Shown here in pieces: positions 17,531 through 26,787 of a stretch of DNA of 64,000 bases. Origin of the DNA: an uncultured Verrucomicrobiae bacterium (lineage in GTDB: Bacteria; Verrucomicrobiota; Verrucomicrobiia; Chthoniobacterales; JAFAMB01). Where the stretch lies: assembly GCA_963837955.1 (NCBI GenBank), contig CAWIPH010000002.1, positions 3,712,001 through 3,776,000 of the forward strand. Reading direction: 5' to 3'. The translations under genes and the position numbers were made by a program. The notes beneath the pieces were generated by a model. The model was given only the letters and a program-made list of their open reading frames with translations, searched no databases and was not told the DNA's origin. How positions within the stretch are numbered: position 1 is the stretch's first letter; the number at the start of each line of letters is the position of its first letter.

Positions 17531-19882
17531 TCATTCGAACTCCTCCTCTGTCGGTAAACGGAATCTCAAGCCTCTGTAGCCACGAACAGCCTTGCCTTGG
17601 CGCTGCACGCTGTTGGATCTAGAGACCGCGAATAGTTCCAAGAGGATGTCGTCTAGCTGCCGGTGAACGACGCTCACTGGTATCGGGCTCCATCCGCTGT
17701 CAGAACAGAACTTCATATACTTCTCGACCAATTCAGAAACTGCTAGATCACCGGCATCAACTCGGCTGACGCTTTGTTTTATGAAAAGTCGGAGGCTATC
17801 GGATTCCAGAAGCAATGACTCCACGTGATCCTTCTGTCTCTGGCTCAAGGCGATGTCACCATGTTTCGAGATGTCCTCGATAAGCTTCCTTGTTCCTTCC
17901 AGAAACCAGTTCAAGATGCCGGACCCCTCGCTACTTAATAGACGTTCATGAATGTCGGGAATCTTCTTTCCGGTGAATGGCTTGTCATAACGGGCGATTG
18001 CTAGTCGCCTTTTCCACGCGCTTTGATCGCCTTCCAAGTGAACGCGCAACCGGCTGTTGGAGGTGATCAGAACATTGAAACTACCGTCGACAGAAAACGT
18101 CTGATTACTTCCTTTGCGCTCGGCTTCAAGCGTGTCGCCACCAACTAAGGCCTTGAGCCGGCTGGCTCCGGATCCAGCCATGAAATTCGCGCGAACGTCG
18201 GCGCCAAGCAGCAATGTCTTTCCCACCATTCGCCCGATTTCGAATCGCTCCTCTAAATGCCTCGTGCGCAACTCGTAAACATTGGAGGGACCTACAATCC
18301 CTCGAACAATCTGTACATAAGCACTCTTGGACGCTTCGCCTTCGCCGTCGAGTAGAGTAATCCGCTGCGTTATGTTGCGGCCAAGCAAACACTGGCCGCC
18401 ATATTTCTGCAGTAGCTCGCGGTCGTCAGGCTCCACGTGTCCGAGAATGGATTTTTCAAAATCTGGACAGGTCGCGTTCGGATCGTAGAGAATCGGCGAT
18501 CTATTACGGCTCCGCATTTGCGGCGAGAATTGTTCAGGAACGAACGTTCCGTCATCTCTGAACCGCAAAACACAGTTGGCGAGATGAACTGTCCTAGCAT
18601 CGGTAGTGAAAAAGTTCTTCTGTTCTATCTCGCCTCGTAGATGAGTTATAATTCCGGCGAGCGTGCCGGCGCTGCGAAGCTGCTGCAGAGCAAACCATTC
18701 GTCCCCCCAATCGAAAGCGGCTCGGTTAATACGGTCCGACAACTCTTTTCGAATTGAGTCTTCCGATTGCGGAACAAACAGCCCGAACTCCGGCGAATAC
18801 CTGTAGAATTGTCTTTCGTCCGGCTCAAAAACGCCGATCTCCTCTCGGGCGCGAAGTTGCGCCCAAAACGGCTCGCTGAGGCGAGACAGTTTTCCATGTG
18901 CGTTTTGAAATCCCGGCAGTCCAAAGCTTTGTATAAGCTGCTTCAGCCCGTTTTCGTCTTGATGCCCTCGGGTCGCTTTTGGCTCGCCGACTTTGCTTTT
19001 CCTCGATCCTTCTTTTTCGCGGGTTGAGTTTTGAAATTTTCCCTCGAGCAAATGACCGCGCGGTTTTTCGTGCGGAACCTTCAGCGCTTCGTTCAATTTG
19101 TGTCGGAGCTCTTTCTCGTTCCAGGGCGGCTGGCAGCGGGCGTTGTATTCGCTCAAGAATGGAAAGGCCTCTTCCGGATCGAGGCCAAAGCCCCAAACCA
19201 ACGCACATGCGGCCTTGAGAGTTGTGCCGTGTCCGTCCTGACCAGATATTGCAGGATCGACCTTTTCTAAGTAGGCACGCATTCGATCCGACAACCCTTT
19301 TGGTGTGGCTGGCCTGGAGGTTTGCTCAGCCTTTGGCGGCGGAGTTTTCCACGGCAAGATGAGAAAAGTTGGCCAAATGATCGCATTAAAGCCAATCCGC
19401 AAAGGGGACCCATCGCAGAGCAACTCGTAAGGCACGCCTTCGGGATGAATTCCGCGAATGACGGACTGGCCACCGTCTGCGCGGAATTCGCCAAAGTGCT
19501 TTCCATCTTGATCTTTGAGTTTCACGACCCGATGCGGATAATCACCATCAACGTAAAACCAGAACTGGCAGCCGCGTTTGCCTTTGCTCCGCAGCGTATT
19601 TCGAAAACATGGATTGAGCGCCAAAAACAGATCGATGTCGTCGTCTGAGTCGATATCGATCGCGCAAAGATTTTCGGAAGGCTGGCCGAGCAAGACCCCT
19701 GTGTTAACATGCGCGATCAAGCTTTTTCGATATGAAGCCTCTTGCGTTGCGGCGAATGTGACGTTCTGCCAACTGGGCAGCTTCGGCCCCTTTTGCCGTT
19801 CTGGAATCGGCAAGAGAACGGCCTTGGGTAACAATTTATTCAGCCGCTCAATTGTGACTAATCCGTTTCCGTTAGTTGCCAT
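17531..19882 (-). CDS. Bifunctional primase/polymerase + PriCT-like + D5/P4-type SF3 helicase
   Basis: NTGVLLG..LCAIDID, IHPEG.PY, QPPWNEKEL, Walker A-like GEGEASKS, AWKRRL. Confidence 0.92.
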   Translation of the reverse strand: MATNGNGLVTIERLNKLLPKAVLLPIPERQKGPKLPSWQNVTFAATQEASYRKSLIAHVNTGVLLGQPSENLCAIDIDSDDDIDLFLALNPCFRNTLRSKGKRGCQFWFYVDGDYPHRVVKLKDQDGKHFGEFRADGGQSVIRGIHPEGVPYELLCDGSPLRIGFNAIIWPTFLILPWKTPPPKAEQTSRPATPKGLSDRMRAYLEKVDPAISGQDGHGTTLKAACALVWGFGLDPEEAFPFLSEYNARCQPPWNEKELRHKLNEALKVPHEKPRGHLLEGKFQNSTREKEGSRKSKVGEPKATRGHQDENGLKQLIQSFGLPGFQNAHGKLSRLSEPFWAQLRAREEIGVFEPDERQFYRYSPEFGLFVPQSEDSIRKELSDRINRAAFDWGDEWFALQQLRSAGTLAGIITHLRGEIEQKNFFTTDARTVHLANCVLRFRDDGTFVPEQFSPQMRSRNRSPILYDPNATCPDFEKSILGHVEPDDRELLQKYGGQCLLGRNITQRITLLDGEGEASKSAYVQIVRGIVGPSNVYELRTRHLEERFEIGRMVGKTLLLGADVRANFMAGSGASRLKALVGGDTLEAERKGSNQTFSVDGSFNVLITSNSRLRVHLEGDQSAWKRRLAIARYDKPFTGKKIPDIHERLLSSEGSGILNWFLEGTRKLIEDISKHGDIALSQRQKDHVESLLLESDSLRLFIKQSVSRVDAGDLAVSELVEKYMKFCSDSGWSPIPVSVVHRQLDDILLELFAVSRSNSVQRQGKAVRGYRGLRFRLPTEEEFE

Positions 19883-20051
19883 CGCACCTCCTGGTGGACG
19901 TGGTCAGATACTCACCGATTGCGTCGCGCAAGATCGGATGATTGGTGAAGGCCATGAGGGCCCACCAAAGATAAGAGTCAGGAATTTGACTAAGCAGCCT
20001 ACCCTTGAACTTTCCGAAGGGCATAACAACATCGCAAGCTGATGCATTCAT
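19872..20051 (-). CDS. DUF3820-like small protein
   Basis: MPFGKFKG...IPDSYLWW. Confidence 0.8.
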   Translation of the reverse strand: MNASACDVVMPFGKFKGRLLSQIPDSYLWWALMAFTNHPILRDAIGEYLTTSTRRCDGN

Positions 20052-20392
20052 GCCATCGCCCTCGTTGTTTTTATATTCCGGCCGGCGTGTTCCTGAAGCC
20101 ACTGTCTCGCGTCTTCATTCAACGCCAACGCCGGCGTTTTATGCCCCGATCGTGCCAGCGCGATGATTTGAGGGAGAGTAGCCAAGCCCGCCCTCCTCCG
20201 TGTGACAACAATCCGCAGGAGCACCCCGGCTTGATAAGCGTCGATCTCGCAGGCAATTCGATTTCGGCTTAGTAGATATAACTGTTGTGGCGTTGCTGGC
20301 CCGGCCTCGGGATGAGGCGTCAAATCCGCGTTGGGCAGGACGGCACGTATTTCGTCGAGGCTCTCAATTTTCGTCCTATAACGCGTCCTCAT
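20048..20392 (-). CDS. Protein resembling a phage helicase C-terminal domain
   Basis: Repeated ATPQQ/ATLPQ motifs and RRRAGLAT. Confidence 0.55.
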   Translation of the reverse strand: MRTRYRTKIESLDEIRAVLPNADLTPHPEAGPATPQQLYLLSRNRIACEIDAYQAGVLLRIVVTRRRAGLATLPQIIALARSGHKTPALALNEDARQWLQEHAGRNIKTTRAMA

Positions 20393-20597
20393 GCTCCCTC
20401 CTTCGTTGCACGACGGTGTAGAGGTACCGCCAGGCCGCGATTGATAAAGCGAACTTTGATACTCGCCAGCGGTCTCGCGGAAGACTTGCAGCCGGGCAAC
20501 TGCCGTGTCAAATCCTCTGCGAATCTTCTAACAGCCATTTTGCGCGGGCGTCCTGACAGACGCCCCGCGCCGTTTTCGGGTGCGGAGGGATCTTGCA

Positions 20598-20795
20598 TCA
20601 GATTTTGAAACGGTTGGCAAAACGTTCGACCTCCGAGGCGGGGATCATTTTGAAGCCGTTGTAGTCGATGGCGCGGACATCTCCGCGGTAGAGGCGCCTG
20701 TACCCCCAGACCGGAGAACGGCCGAATAATTTTGCAAATTCACTCGGTGTGTAGCCGAGCCGAGGTTCTTGGCGCGGCGCTTCGTTGGTTTTCAC
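20598..20795 (-). CDS. Xis/AlpA-like HTH protein
   Basis: YTPSEFAKLFG...MIPASEVERF. Confidence 0.75.
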   Translation of the reverse strand: MKTNEAPRQEPRLGYTPSEFAKLFGRSPVWGYRRLYRGDVRAIDYNGFKMIPASEVERFANRFKI

Positions 20796-20808
20796 ACTAT
20801 TGTACTTT

Positions 20809-20837
20809 TTGTCAACTCACCATCTGTGTGTTACCAT
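20809..20837 (+). promoter_or_regulatory. Putative sigma70 promoter, probably giving a leaderless mRNA
   Basis: TTGTCA-17-TACCAT with TGn extension, 5 nt before ATG 20843. Confidence 0.45.
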
Positions 20838-20842
20838 CATAG

Positions 20843-21526
20843 ATGACCGTAAAAGAACTAGCTGCGGCTGCCGGAATCACACGCCAGTGGCTAAATGTGC
20901 GGGTAAATCGCGACGAGGTTCCCGGAGTAACAAGAGGGGCGAACGGGCGCCTGATGATCCAATCCTCCGATGAGCTTCTGGACTGGGTGTCGCAAAATCG
21001 AAAAATGTTATCGGGCCAGCGCGGGCGGCGCCTGATCGCCAAACAGCGTTCCCAACGCCTATCGGCTTCAGAAAGTTACCTGACTGTGGGTGAAGTAGCG
21101 GAGATGTGTGCTTGCTCTTCTGAAACGATCCGATCGAAGGCTTTACTGATACCGGGTTTTAGGATGCATGGCATGCGTTATCGGTTCGAGGATTCTGAGA
21201 GACTCCGTAGGTGGATCGAACGCGAAGCCGAACAGTCGCTTCTCAGGAGAAAACAGGTCCACCGACTCCGATTGAACCACGGACGAGGGAGTGTTATCGA
21301 GATTTACGCGGCTCTTCAGAGGTTTCGATTTACTTTGAACCGGCAGGGCGGAGCTGAGGCGTTCAAGCATCAACCACCTGCGGAGCTCGATTATATGCTT
21401 GGAGAGTTAAGCGTCGTTCATCGATTTGCATCAGAGCTCATGGCTCTCAGACAGAACCTCAAAAAGAGACCTTCGCCGCCATCGCCTGCGAATGCTCATC
21501 GCGCAAATGCCCGTAGGTCTTCATAG
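20843..21526 (+). CDS. Double-HTH DNA-binding regulator divergent from the xis-like gene
   Basis: MTVKELAAAAGITRQWL and YLTVGEVAEMCACSSETIR. Confidence 0.75.
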   Translation: MTVKELAAAAGITRQWLNVRVNRDEVPGVTRGANGRLMIQSSDELLDWVSQNRKMLSGQRGRRLIAKQRSQRLSASESYLTVGEVAEMCACSSETIRSKALLIPGFRMHGMRYRFEDSERLRRWIEREAEQSLLRRKQVHRLRLNHGRGSVIEIYAALQRFRFTLNRQGGAEAFKHQPPAELDYMLGELSVVHRFASELMALRQNLKKRPSPPSPANAHRANARRSS

Positions 21527-22565
21527 CCAAAGCTCCGCCGTCTTTGTGTCCTAGCCAGCGAGAGACGGTCGGGATATCGACTCCGCTTTCAATGCAACGG
21601 GTCGCGAACAAATGCCGCAAATCGTGATGAGTTAGTTTGGGGATTTCGAGCTTCTTGCAAGCGGTCTCGAGGGCTTCCCGGCATTCCACCACGTGAAGCA
21701 CGTAGGTTGAACGCTCAAGATTGCGCGGCTCTTTGTCGCGGTCAGCAAGACGTTCCAGGAGTGCACGCATCGGTTCGATAATTGGAACGATCCTGCGCTC
21801 CAGGTTTTTGGTACCGATTTCTGGATTGCCTTCGATGGTGATCATTCCTTTCTTACCATCGACATGCTTCCACTCAACGTGCGCAGCCTCAGTGATTCGA
21901 CAGCCGGAGAAAGCGAGAAACCGAACTAGATCGGCGCATTCCTTCGCGCACCAAGCACCCGAGGTCTCAACGGTCTTTAACAAGTTCGTGAACTCTTCGC
22001 GCGATGGAAGCTGAAGCTTTTTCGCCGTCACCTTAACCTTGTTGACCTGCGTCGCCGGATTGGAATGGATAAGGCCGCGGTCTATTCCGAGTTCAAAGAT
22101 GTGCCTCAGTGTGTCGAGCGTATTATTAAAGCGCGTGCCATGTACCCGTTTTGCATAGCCAGCCGCCCACTGCTCGCAGTCTCGTCGCGTCACGTCGGCT
22201 AGCTTTCGTTCCGCCAGTCCCGGCCAGGAGCTAAGCAGAGCGTCAATCGTCTGTTTGCGGTAAGCAATCGATGAGGCCTTAAGATGAACATTGAGTTCAA
22301 CGGAGGATCTGTAGGCGTCAGCCGCTTGGCGGAAGGTCGCTATGCCGCGCGCTAAGGAGCGAAGCGCCGCCTGGCCGCGCTTTAGCTCCGCCACTTTCTT
22401 GGGAACACGCTGCTCCGCGACTGAGAAGAGTTCGGTCTCGAGCGTCGCCCAGCGATCCACCCCAGCGACCTTAGCCCGCGCATAGTAAGTCCCAGTCGGA
22501 ACGTGAAGATAGAGGTTAGAAACTCGTGAACGCGACCACACTTTTGGCTTGGCTTTCTTCGCCAT
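21459..22565 (-). CDS. int: Tyrosine recombinase/integrase
   Basis: SGCRITE, TKN, HDLRH, LGH, TYGH catalytic residues; adjacent to att/tRNA. Confidence 0.96.
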   Translation of the reverse strand: MAKKAKPKVWSRSRVSNLYLHVPTGTYYARAKVAGVDRWATLETELFSVAEQRVPKKVAELKRGQAALRSLARGIATFRQAADAYRSSVELNVHLKASSIAYRKQTIDALLSSWPGLAERKLADVTRRDCEQWAAGYAKRVHGTRFNNTLDTLRHIFELGIDRGLIHSNPATQVNKVKVTAKKLQLPSREEFTNLLKTVETSGAWCAKECADLVRFLAFSGCRITEAAHVEWKHVDGKKGMITIEGNPEIGTKNLERRIVPIIEPMRALLERLADRDKEPRNLERSTYVLHVVECREALETACKKLEIPKLTHHDLRHLFATRCIESGVDIPTVSRWLGHKDGGALAMKTYGHLRDEHSQAMAAKVSF

Positions 22566-22571
22566 ACCTTA

Positions 22572-22596
22572 GGTGTAGAAGAAAGGTGTAGAAGAA
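22572..22596. promoter_or_regulatory. Putative arm-type sites, 2x GGTGTAGAAGAA
   Basis: Matches 2099-2122. Confidence 0.75.
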
Positions 22597-22613
22597 ACCA
22601 GCTCTTTCTGCTC

Positions 22614-22686
<73 letters not shown>

Positions 22687-22907
22687 GTAGACAAGTCGGG
22701 GCGCAGAATGCGAACGAGCGTTCTATTATGCCCGAACTTTGGGCGGGGACAAGGGATCATGAGAAATAGTCGATAGGTTCCGCAGCGCAAAGAATATTGT
22801 ACACGGCTGCGAGTCAACGACCGCCGACAGACCAGATTTTTTCTGCGTTCTTGTTTGGCGGTCTCGCCTCTTCTCACTTACTTCGTCTCAGCAGTCGCGG
22901 CCGTGTG

Positions 22908-23393
22908 CTAGTGTGCTGGGGTTAGGTTATAGATCAGCATCCCGATCTTCCAATCATCGCCCTCACGCATATCAATCGTCGACCAATAGCCCTTGATTTG
23001 GATAGGGCGGCCGGCTTTGCCTTGACCAGTTTCACTCCATTCTCCGGTCTCCCATGCCTCATTACCGTCCGTGCCTATAATGTGAGGGGTATTCCCATCG
23101 GGCTTGCCGATATGGTTTCTTGGGTGCCATACCTGGAACACACCTCTATACCAATTCTCAATGGCTTGCCGACCGTAGATTGGTCCTCTGTCGGTCACAA
23201 AAACCGCGTCCTCCGTGCAGAGCGCGGCGATGGCTGCTGCGTCGTTGTTGTTGACGGCCTCGTCATACGCCTCACTGAGAGCGCGGATCTTCTGGGTTGT
23301 CTGTGAATCGGGCGTGTTTGTTTGTTGGGCAAAGGCCGGCAAAGCGAAGCTGATTGCCGAGCCTACAATAGCAAGTAGTAAGCGGATTTTTAT
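22908..23393 (-). CDS. Exported SnoaL/DUF4440 (NTF2-like) protein; apparent ATA start
   Basis: NNNDAAAIAALCTEDA, GRQAIE, WKI; signal peptide (I)KIRLLLAIVGSAISFALPAFA. Confidence 0.8.
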   Translation of the reverse strand: MKIRLLLAIVGSAISFALPAFAQQTNTPDSQTTQKIRALSEAYDEAVNNNDAAAIAALCTEDAVFVTDRGPIYGRQAIENWYRGVFQVWHPRNHIGKPDGNTPHIIGTDGNEAWETGEWSETGQGKAGRPIQIKGYWSTIDMREGDDWKIGMLIYNLTPAH

Positions 23394-23669
23394 TGTTACC
23401 TCTCGATGTTTTAGAATGGCTGTCGTCGAACGATCTGCTGCGGGATTTTCTCACGTCGCGAGTAACATCCTTGTCGCAGGGGCAGGAGGAACGCCTTTGG
23501 CCGAAAGGTCTCTGAGCGGCATCCAATAGACGCTCCTACCGATTGGGCGTCAAAGGAAACGTTTAGTGTGCGTGCGCCTTTGTCGTCACATCGCCGAATT
23601 GCGATCCATGCTGCGATAGCGAATGACAAATGGCAGATGACGAAGAGCAAGACGCCTCACGCATCATGC

Positions 23670-23842
23670 GCGGAACTGCTGATGAATAGCCGCAAAAGAA
23701 CGCAAAGATCGCAAAAGGACGGGACAAATAGGTCCTGCGGCGCCAAGAAAATTCTGCACGCCTGAGAATAGACGACTGCCGATGGGCTAAATCTTTTCTG
23801 CGTTCTTTGCGTTCTCTCGCGGCTATTCATCACCAGTTCCGC
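23670..23842. repeat. Inverted repeat pair containing 9-mer units
   Basis: GCGGAACTG..GATGAATAGCCGC...AACGCAAAG mirrored at about 23793-23842. Confidence 0.8.
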
Positions 23843-23943
23843 TATCGGGCGGCGTGGATACGGGATGCCGGCACGCCTAGCTCCGGCGGCAATCCTCTGG
23901 ATTGACCTAAAATCCGAAAACTGGCACAAGGGTCGCCACCACC

Positions 23944-24381
23944 ATGAACAAAGACCTCGACCAATTGAAGCTGTTAGGAATACTGCACACCATCTGGGGC
24001 ATCCTCGCCATCGTATTTGGTGTGATCTTCGGAATTATCTATGTCGTGACTGGCATAGCGTTCGCCACCTCCCCCACCTCCGATGAAAGTACGATGTCCT
24101 CCGGTGCCGCTGGCACTATTTTTATTGTGCTCGGGGTCGTGTTCCTCGTCTTTGCCGTAATTTACGGCATCTTGATGATCATGGCGGGCGGTAAGCTTCG
24201 GAAGCAGCGCGGCTATGGGTTTTGCTTCTTCGTCGCCATTCTGGATCTGCTCGGTTTCCCCAGTATCATTCTCGGAATCTTCACGCTGATGGTACTGTCC
24301 CGTCCGACGGTGAAGGCCTTATTCAAGGGTGAAGCTCTCCCTCCGGATTCAGCAACTCAGGTGGTCCCGCCGGTCGCTTAG
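23944..24381 (+). CDS. Membrane protein
   Basis: Three to four TM segments; ILGIFTLMVLSRPTVKALF. Confidence 0.85.
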   Translation: MNKDLDQLKLLGILHTIWGILAIVFGVIFGIIYVVTGIAFATSPTSDESTMSSGAAGTIFIVLGVVFLVFAVIYGILMIMAGGKLRKQRGYGFCFFVAILDLLGFPSIILGIFTLMVLSRPTVKALFKGEALPPDSATQVVPPVA

Positions 24382-24464
24382 CCCGACCGCTTCTCAGTGC
24401 CTACAGGCCCCCCGGAAAAAACTTTTCTCTCGCTTCGGTCCCGCGCCGGCGAGTTCCTGTCGGA

Positions 24465-24980
24465 TCAGGAAACAACCATCACCGCCACGACCAACTGACC
24501 GTCTCGCCAGAGCGGTCCTCGGATAAACAACGGGCTGCCGCGAGTGACTTTAGCCTGCGTTTCGATGAGCTGGTGGTCTCCGAGAAAAAGCCGAAGACCA
24601 ACCAGATAGTGTTCGCCGGGCTGCCGGGTCAATCCGGTCAGTTCGACTCGAATATTGCCGTGGAAAACGATGGAACTAGGAGTATTCGGCGCAACAATCG
24701 TTTCCCCTTGCCCTAAAGTTTCCAGGGCCGCATACCCCAAGAGTTTTTCCAAGCGCTCATCGTAGCTACGAATCCGGGGCGGGATCTGGGTCGGTGTTTT
24801 TTCGACAGCACGCCCGTTGGAAGCGTACAACAAACAACCCCAGACAGCCTGACCCGCGGGTGAGTCACCTCCGGCCAGAGCACTATTGGTCGCAAGAAAG
24901 AATCCGGCTCCCAAGACGAAGGTGCGGAAGCAACAAATTCCAGCGGCGTATGTTCCAAAAAACGATGGCCAAATGAGCAT
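24465..24980 (-). CDS. Exported protein in the ECF sigma operon
   Basis: Signal-like N-terminus; PLFIRGP. Confidence 0.75.
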   Translation of the reverse strand: MLIWPSFFGTYAAGICCFRTFVLGAGFFLATNSALAGGDSPAGQAVWGCLLYASNGRAVEKTPTQIPPRIRSYDERLEKLLGYAALETLGQGETIVAPNTPSSIVFHGNIRVELTGLTRQPGEHYLVGLRLFLGDHQLIETQAKVTRGSPLFIRGPLWRDGQLVVAVMVVS

Positions 24981-24986
24981 TACGAG

Positions 24987-25487
24987 TCAGTGCGTCAGAT
25001 CCTGGTCGGCGGGCACTTTATCTAAGCCCTCTAATTTAATAATTGTAATCCCTTTGCCAGACTCGACCGTGGCAGAGACTTTTGGATCGATGGTTGTCGT
25101 TTTCAAGACTTCCGCGACGTAACCGGATCCCGGGTCAGACAAGTCTCCATGCGGTATCAATACGACAAATAGCGCGGTTCCCACGGCCAGCGCGCCGAGG
25201 CCGCCCCAAGCAAGTCGGGGAATTCCGAACCAACGTCCTCCCGCTGCCGGAGCCCGATCCGGGACCGGAGCTTGGGCAATTTGCCTGAGTAGTTCCGCAT
25301 TAAAGAAATCCGCATTCGTCAGCTCAACCGGGACGAGATTATCTCGAAGCACTCCCCTTAGTTTCAGCCACTCTGTCTTTTTCGCAGCCAAAGCGGGCTC
25401 CTCCTGTTCGAAAATCGCTGCCTCCCGCTCATTCAGCAAGCCGTCAAGGTAGGCGGTATAACGCTCCTCAAAGGTTTTCATAGACAT
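24987..25487 (-). CDS. Anti-sigma factor
   Basis: AYLDGLL...FEQ plus one TM; follows the ECF sigma gene. Confidence 0.8.
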   Translation of the reverse strand: MSMKTFEERYTAYLDGLLNEREAAIFEQEEPALAAKKTEWLKLRGVLRDNLVPVELTNADFFNAELLRQIAQAPVPDRAPAAGGRWFGIPRLAWGGLGALAVGTALFVVLIPHGDLSDPGSGYVAEVLKTTTIDPKVSATVESGKGITIIKLEGLDKVPADQDLTH

Positions 25488-26115
25488 CTCTCAAAAGGGT
25501 TTGCAGCTTCTTCCGGGCATAAAACAGGCGAGACATTACGGTCCCAATCGAGCACCCAAGAATGTCAGCAATCTCACTATATTGTAAATCCTGGATTTCC
25601 TTCATTATGATGACCGCCCGGTGCTCCGGGGAAAGTTTGCTGATTGCCGCTTCGATTCGCTGACGCACCTCGGCCCGTTCCATGGTGAGATCCGGTAACG
25701 GCACAGACGCGGGCGTGGTGCGAGAACCGGGTTCAACCTCATTTGGTGCCACCCGATCATCGAACTCCGTGTCGCTTCGAAAGTTCTTCCGGCGCAAGGC
25801 ATCGATCGTGACATTGGTCATGATTCGATACAGCCAGGTATAAAACGAAGATTGGCCCTTAAAACGATGGATTGAACGCCATGCCTTGAGGAATCCCTCC
25901 TGGGCGAGATCCCAGGCATCTTGTTCGTTCTGGACCATACCGTATATCATGGAAAACACCTTCGAGCGGTACTTAGTGACAAGCTCGTCAAAGGCTCCGG
26001 TTTCACCCGCCTGACAACGTTTCACCAGATCGAAATCGTCCGGCTCCGCCGATCCAATTCGATAGTCACCCGCCAAATCTTTAGACGGGGGACCGAGGAA
26101 TTCATTCAAACCCAC
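25468..26115 (-). CDS. ECF (RpoE-like) sigma factor
   Basis: DAWDLAQEGF, FYTWLYRI, GTVMSRLFYAR. Confidence 0.95.
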   Translation of the reverse strand: MGLNEFLGPPSKDLAGDYRIGSAEPDDFDLVKRCQAGETGAFDELVTKYRSKVFSMIYGMVQNEQDAWDLAQEGFLKAWRSIHRFKGQSSFYTWLYRIMTNVTIDALRRKNFRSDTEFDDRVAPNEVEPGSRTTPASVPLPDLTMERAEVRQRIEAAISKLSPEHRAVIIMKEIQDLQYSEIADILGCSIGTVMSRLFYARKKLQTLLRDVYENL

Positions 26116-26145
26116 AAACCAAGCATCCTAATATCACAGGTGGGA

Positions 26146-26778
26146 TTACCTACCGTAGCGACGCCGCCATTCTGCCCTGAGTTCACCCATCAAAACAATG
26201 ATTCCGTCTCGGACCTGGAATAGCCGTTGATAAAGGTTCTCGAACTGGGAGCGCTTGAGAATCCCTTCTCGATCCATCCGGGTGGCCGCTTCGAGAGCGG
26301 TAGATATCGCGCCGAGCGCACGTTTTAAGTAGGCGATGGTCATGCCGATCTCTTCGCTTTCCTGATCGCTCAACGCGGCCGCCAGTTTTGCGCTGGCTAC
26401 CGCTACGTGAGAAGCCAAACGCACCCCGCTGGGATTCGATGCGGCGATGGGCGCTTCATCAAAAAGTTGATCGATCCAGACCGTCAAAGAAAATGCACTT
26501 TGGTAAAGTGGGTGCGACTCGAACGTTTCGCGGAGATCTTCATCGTTGTCATCCCCAGCGTCACCTTCAAATTCGATTTCTTCTAATTCGTCCGAAGTCG
26601 GTTCCAGAAGATGTGGCCATCCCATTTCTCGGGCGATGATTTGATCGCGGTTGGGGTCGTCGATATACTTCTCGAACAGCTCCATGTAGCGTTCCGTCTT
26701 GCTGTCCTGCTGTTGAAGAAACCGCTCCCAATCGTACTCGTCCCAAGCAGGTTCTGGCTCATCAAAATAATCAGCCAT
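26146..26778 (-). CDS. Hypothetical protein
   Basis: 210-aa ORF between rlmN and the sigma gene. Confidence 0.85.
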   Translation of the reverse strand: MADYFDEPEPAWDEYDWERFLQQQDSKTERYMELFEKYIDDPNRDQIIAREMGWPHLLEPTSDELEEIEFEGDAGDDNDEDLRETFESHPLYQSAFSLTVWIDQLFDEAPIAASNPSGVRLASHVAVASAKLAAALSDQESEEIGMTIAYLKRALGAISTALEAATRMDREGILKRSQFENLYQRLFQVRDGIIVLMGELRAEWRRRYGR

Positions 26779-26787
26779 AGGCGACCT

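Noticed and set aside
17322..17534. 70-aa CDS
   Set aside because: It coincides with the iteron/origin repeats and is probably non-coding.
23510..23562. Hammerhead ribozyme or c-di-GMP riboswitch
   Set aside because: The CUGANGA core and the riboswitch consensus are not satisfied.
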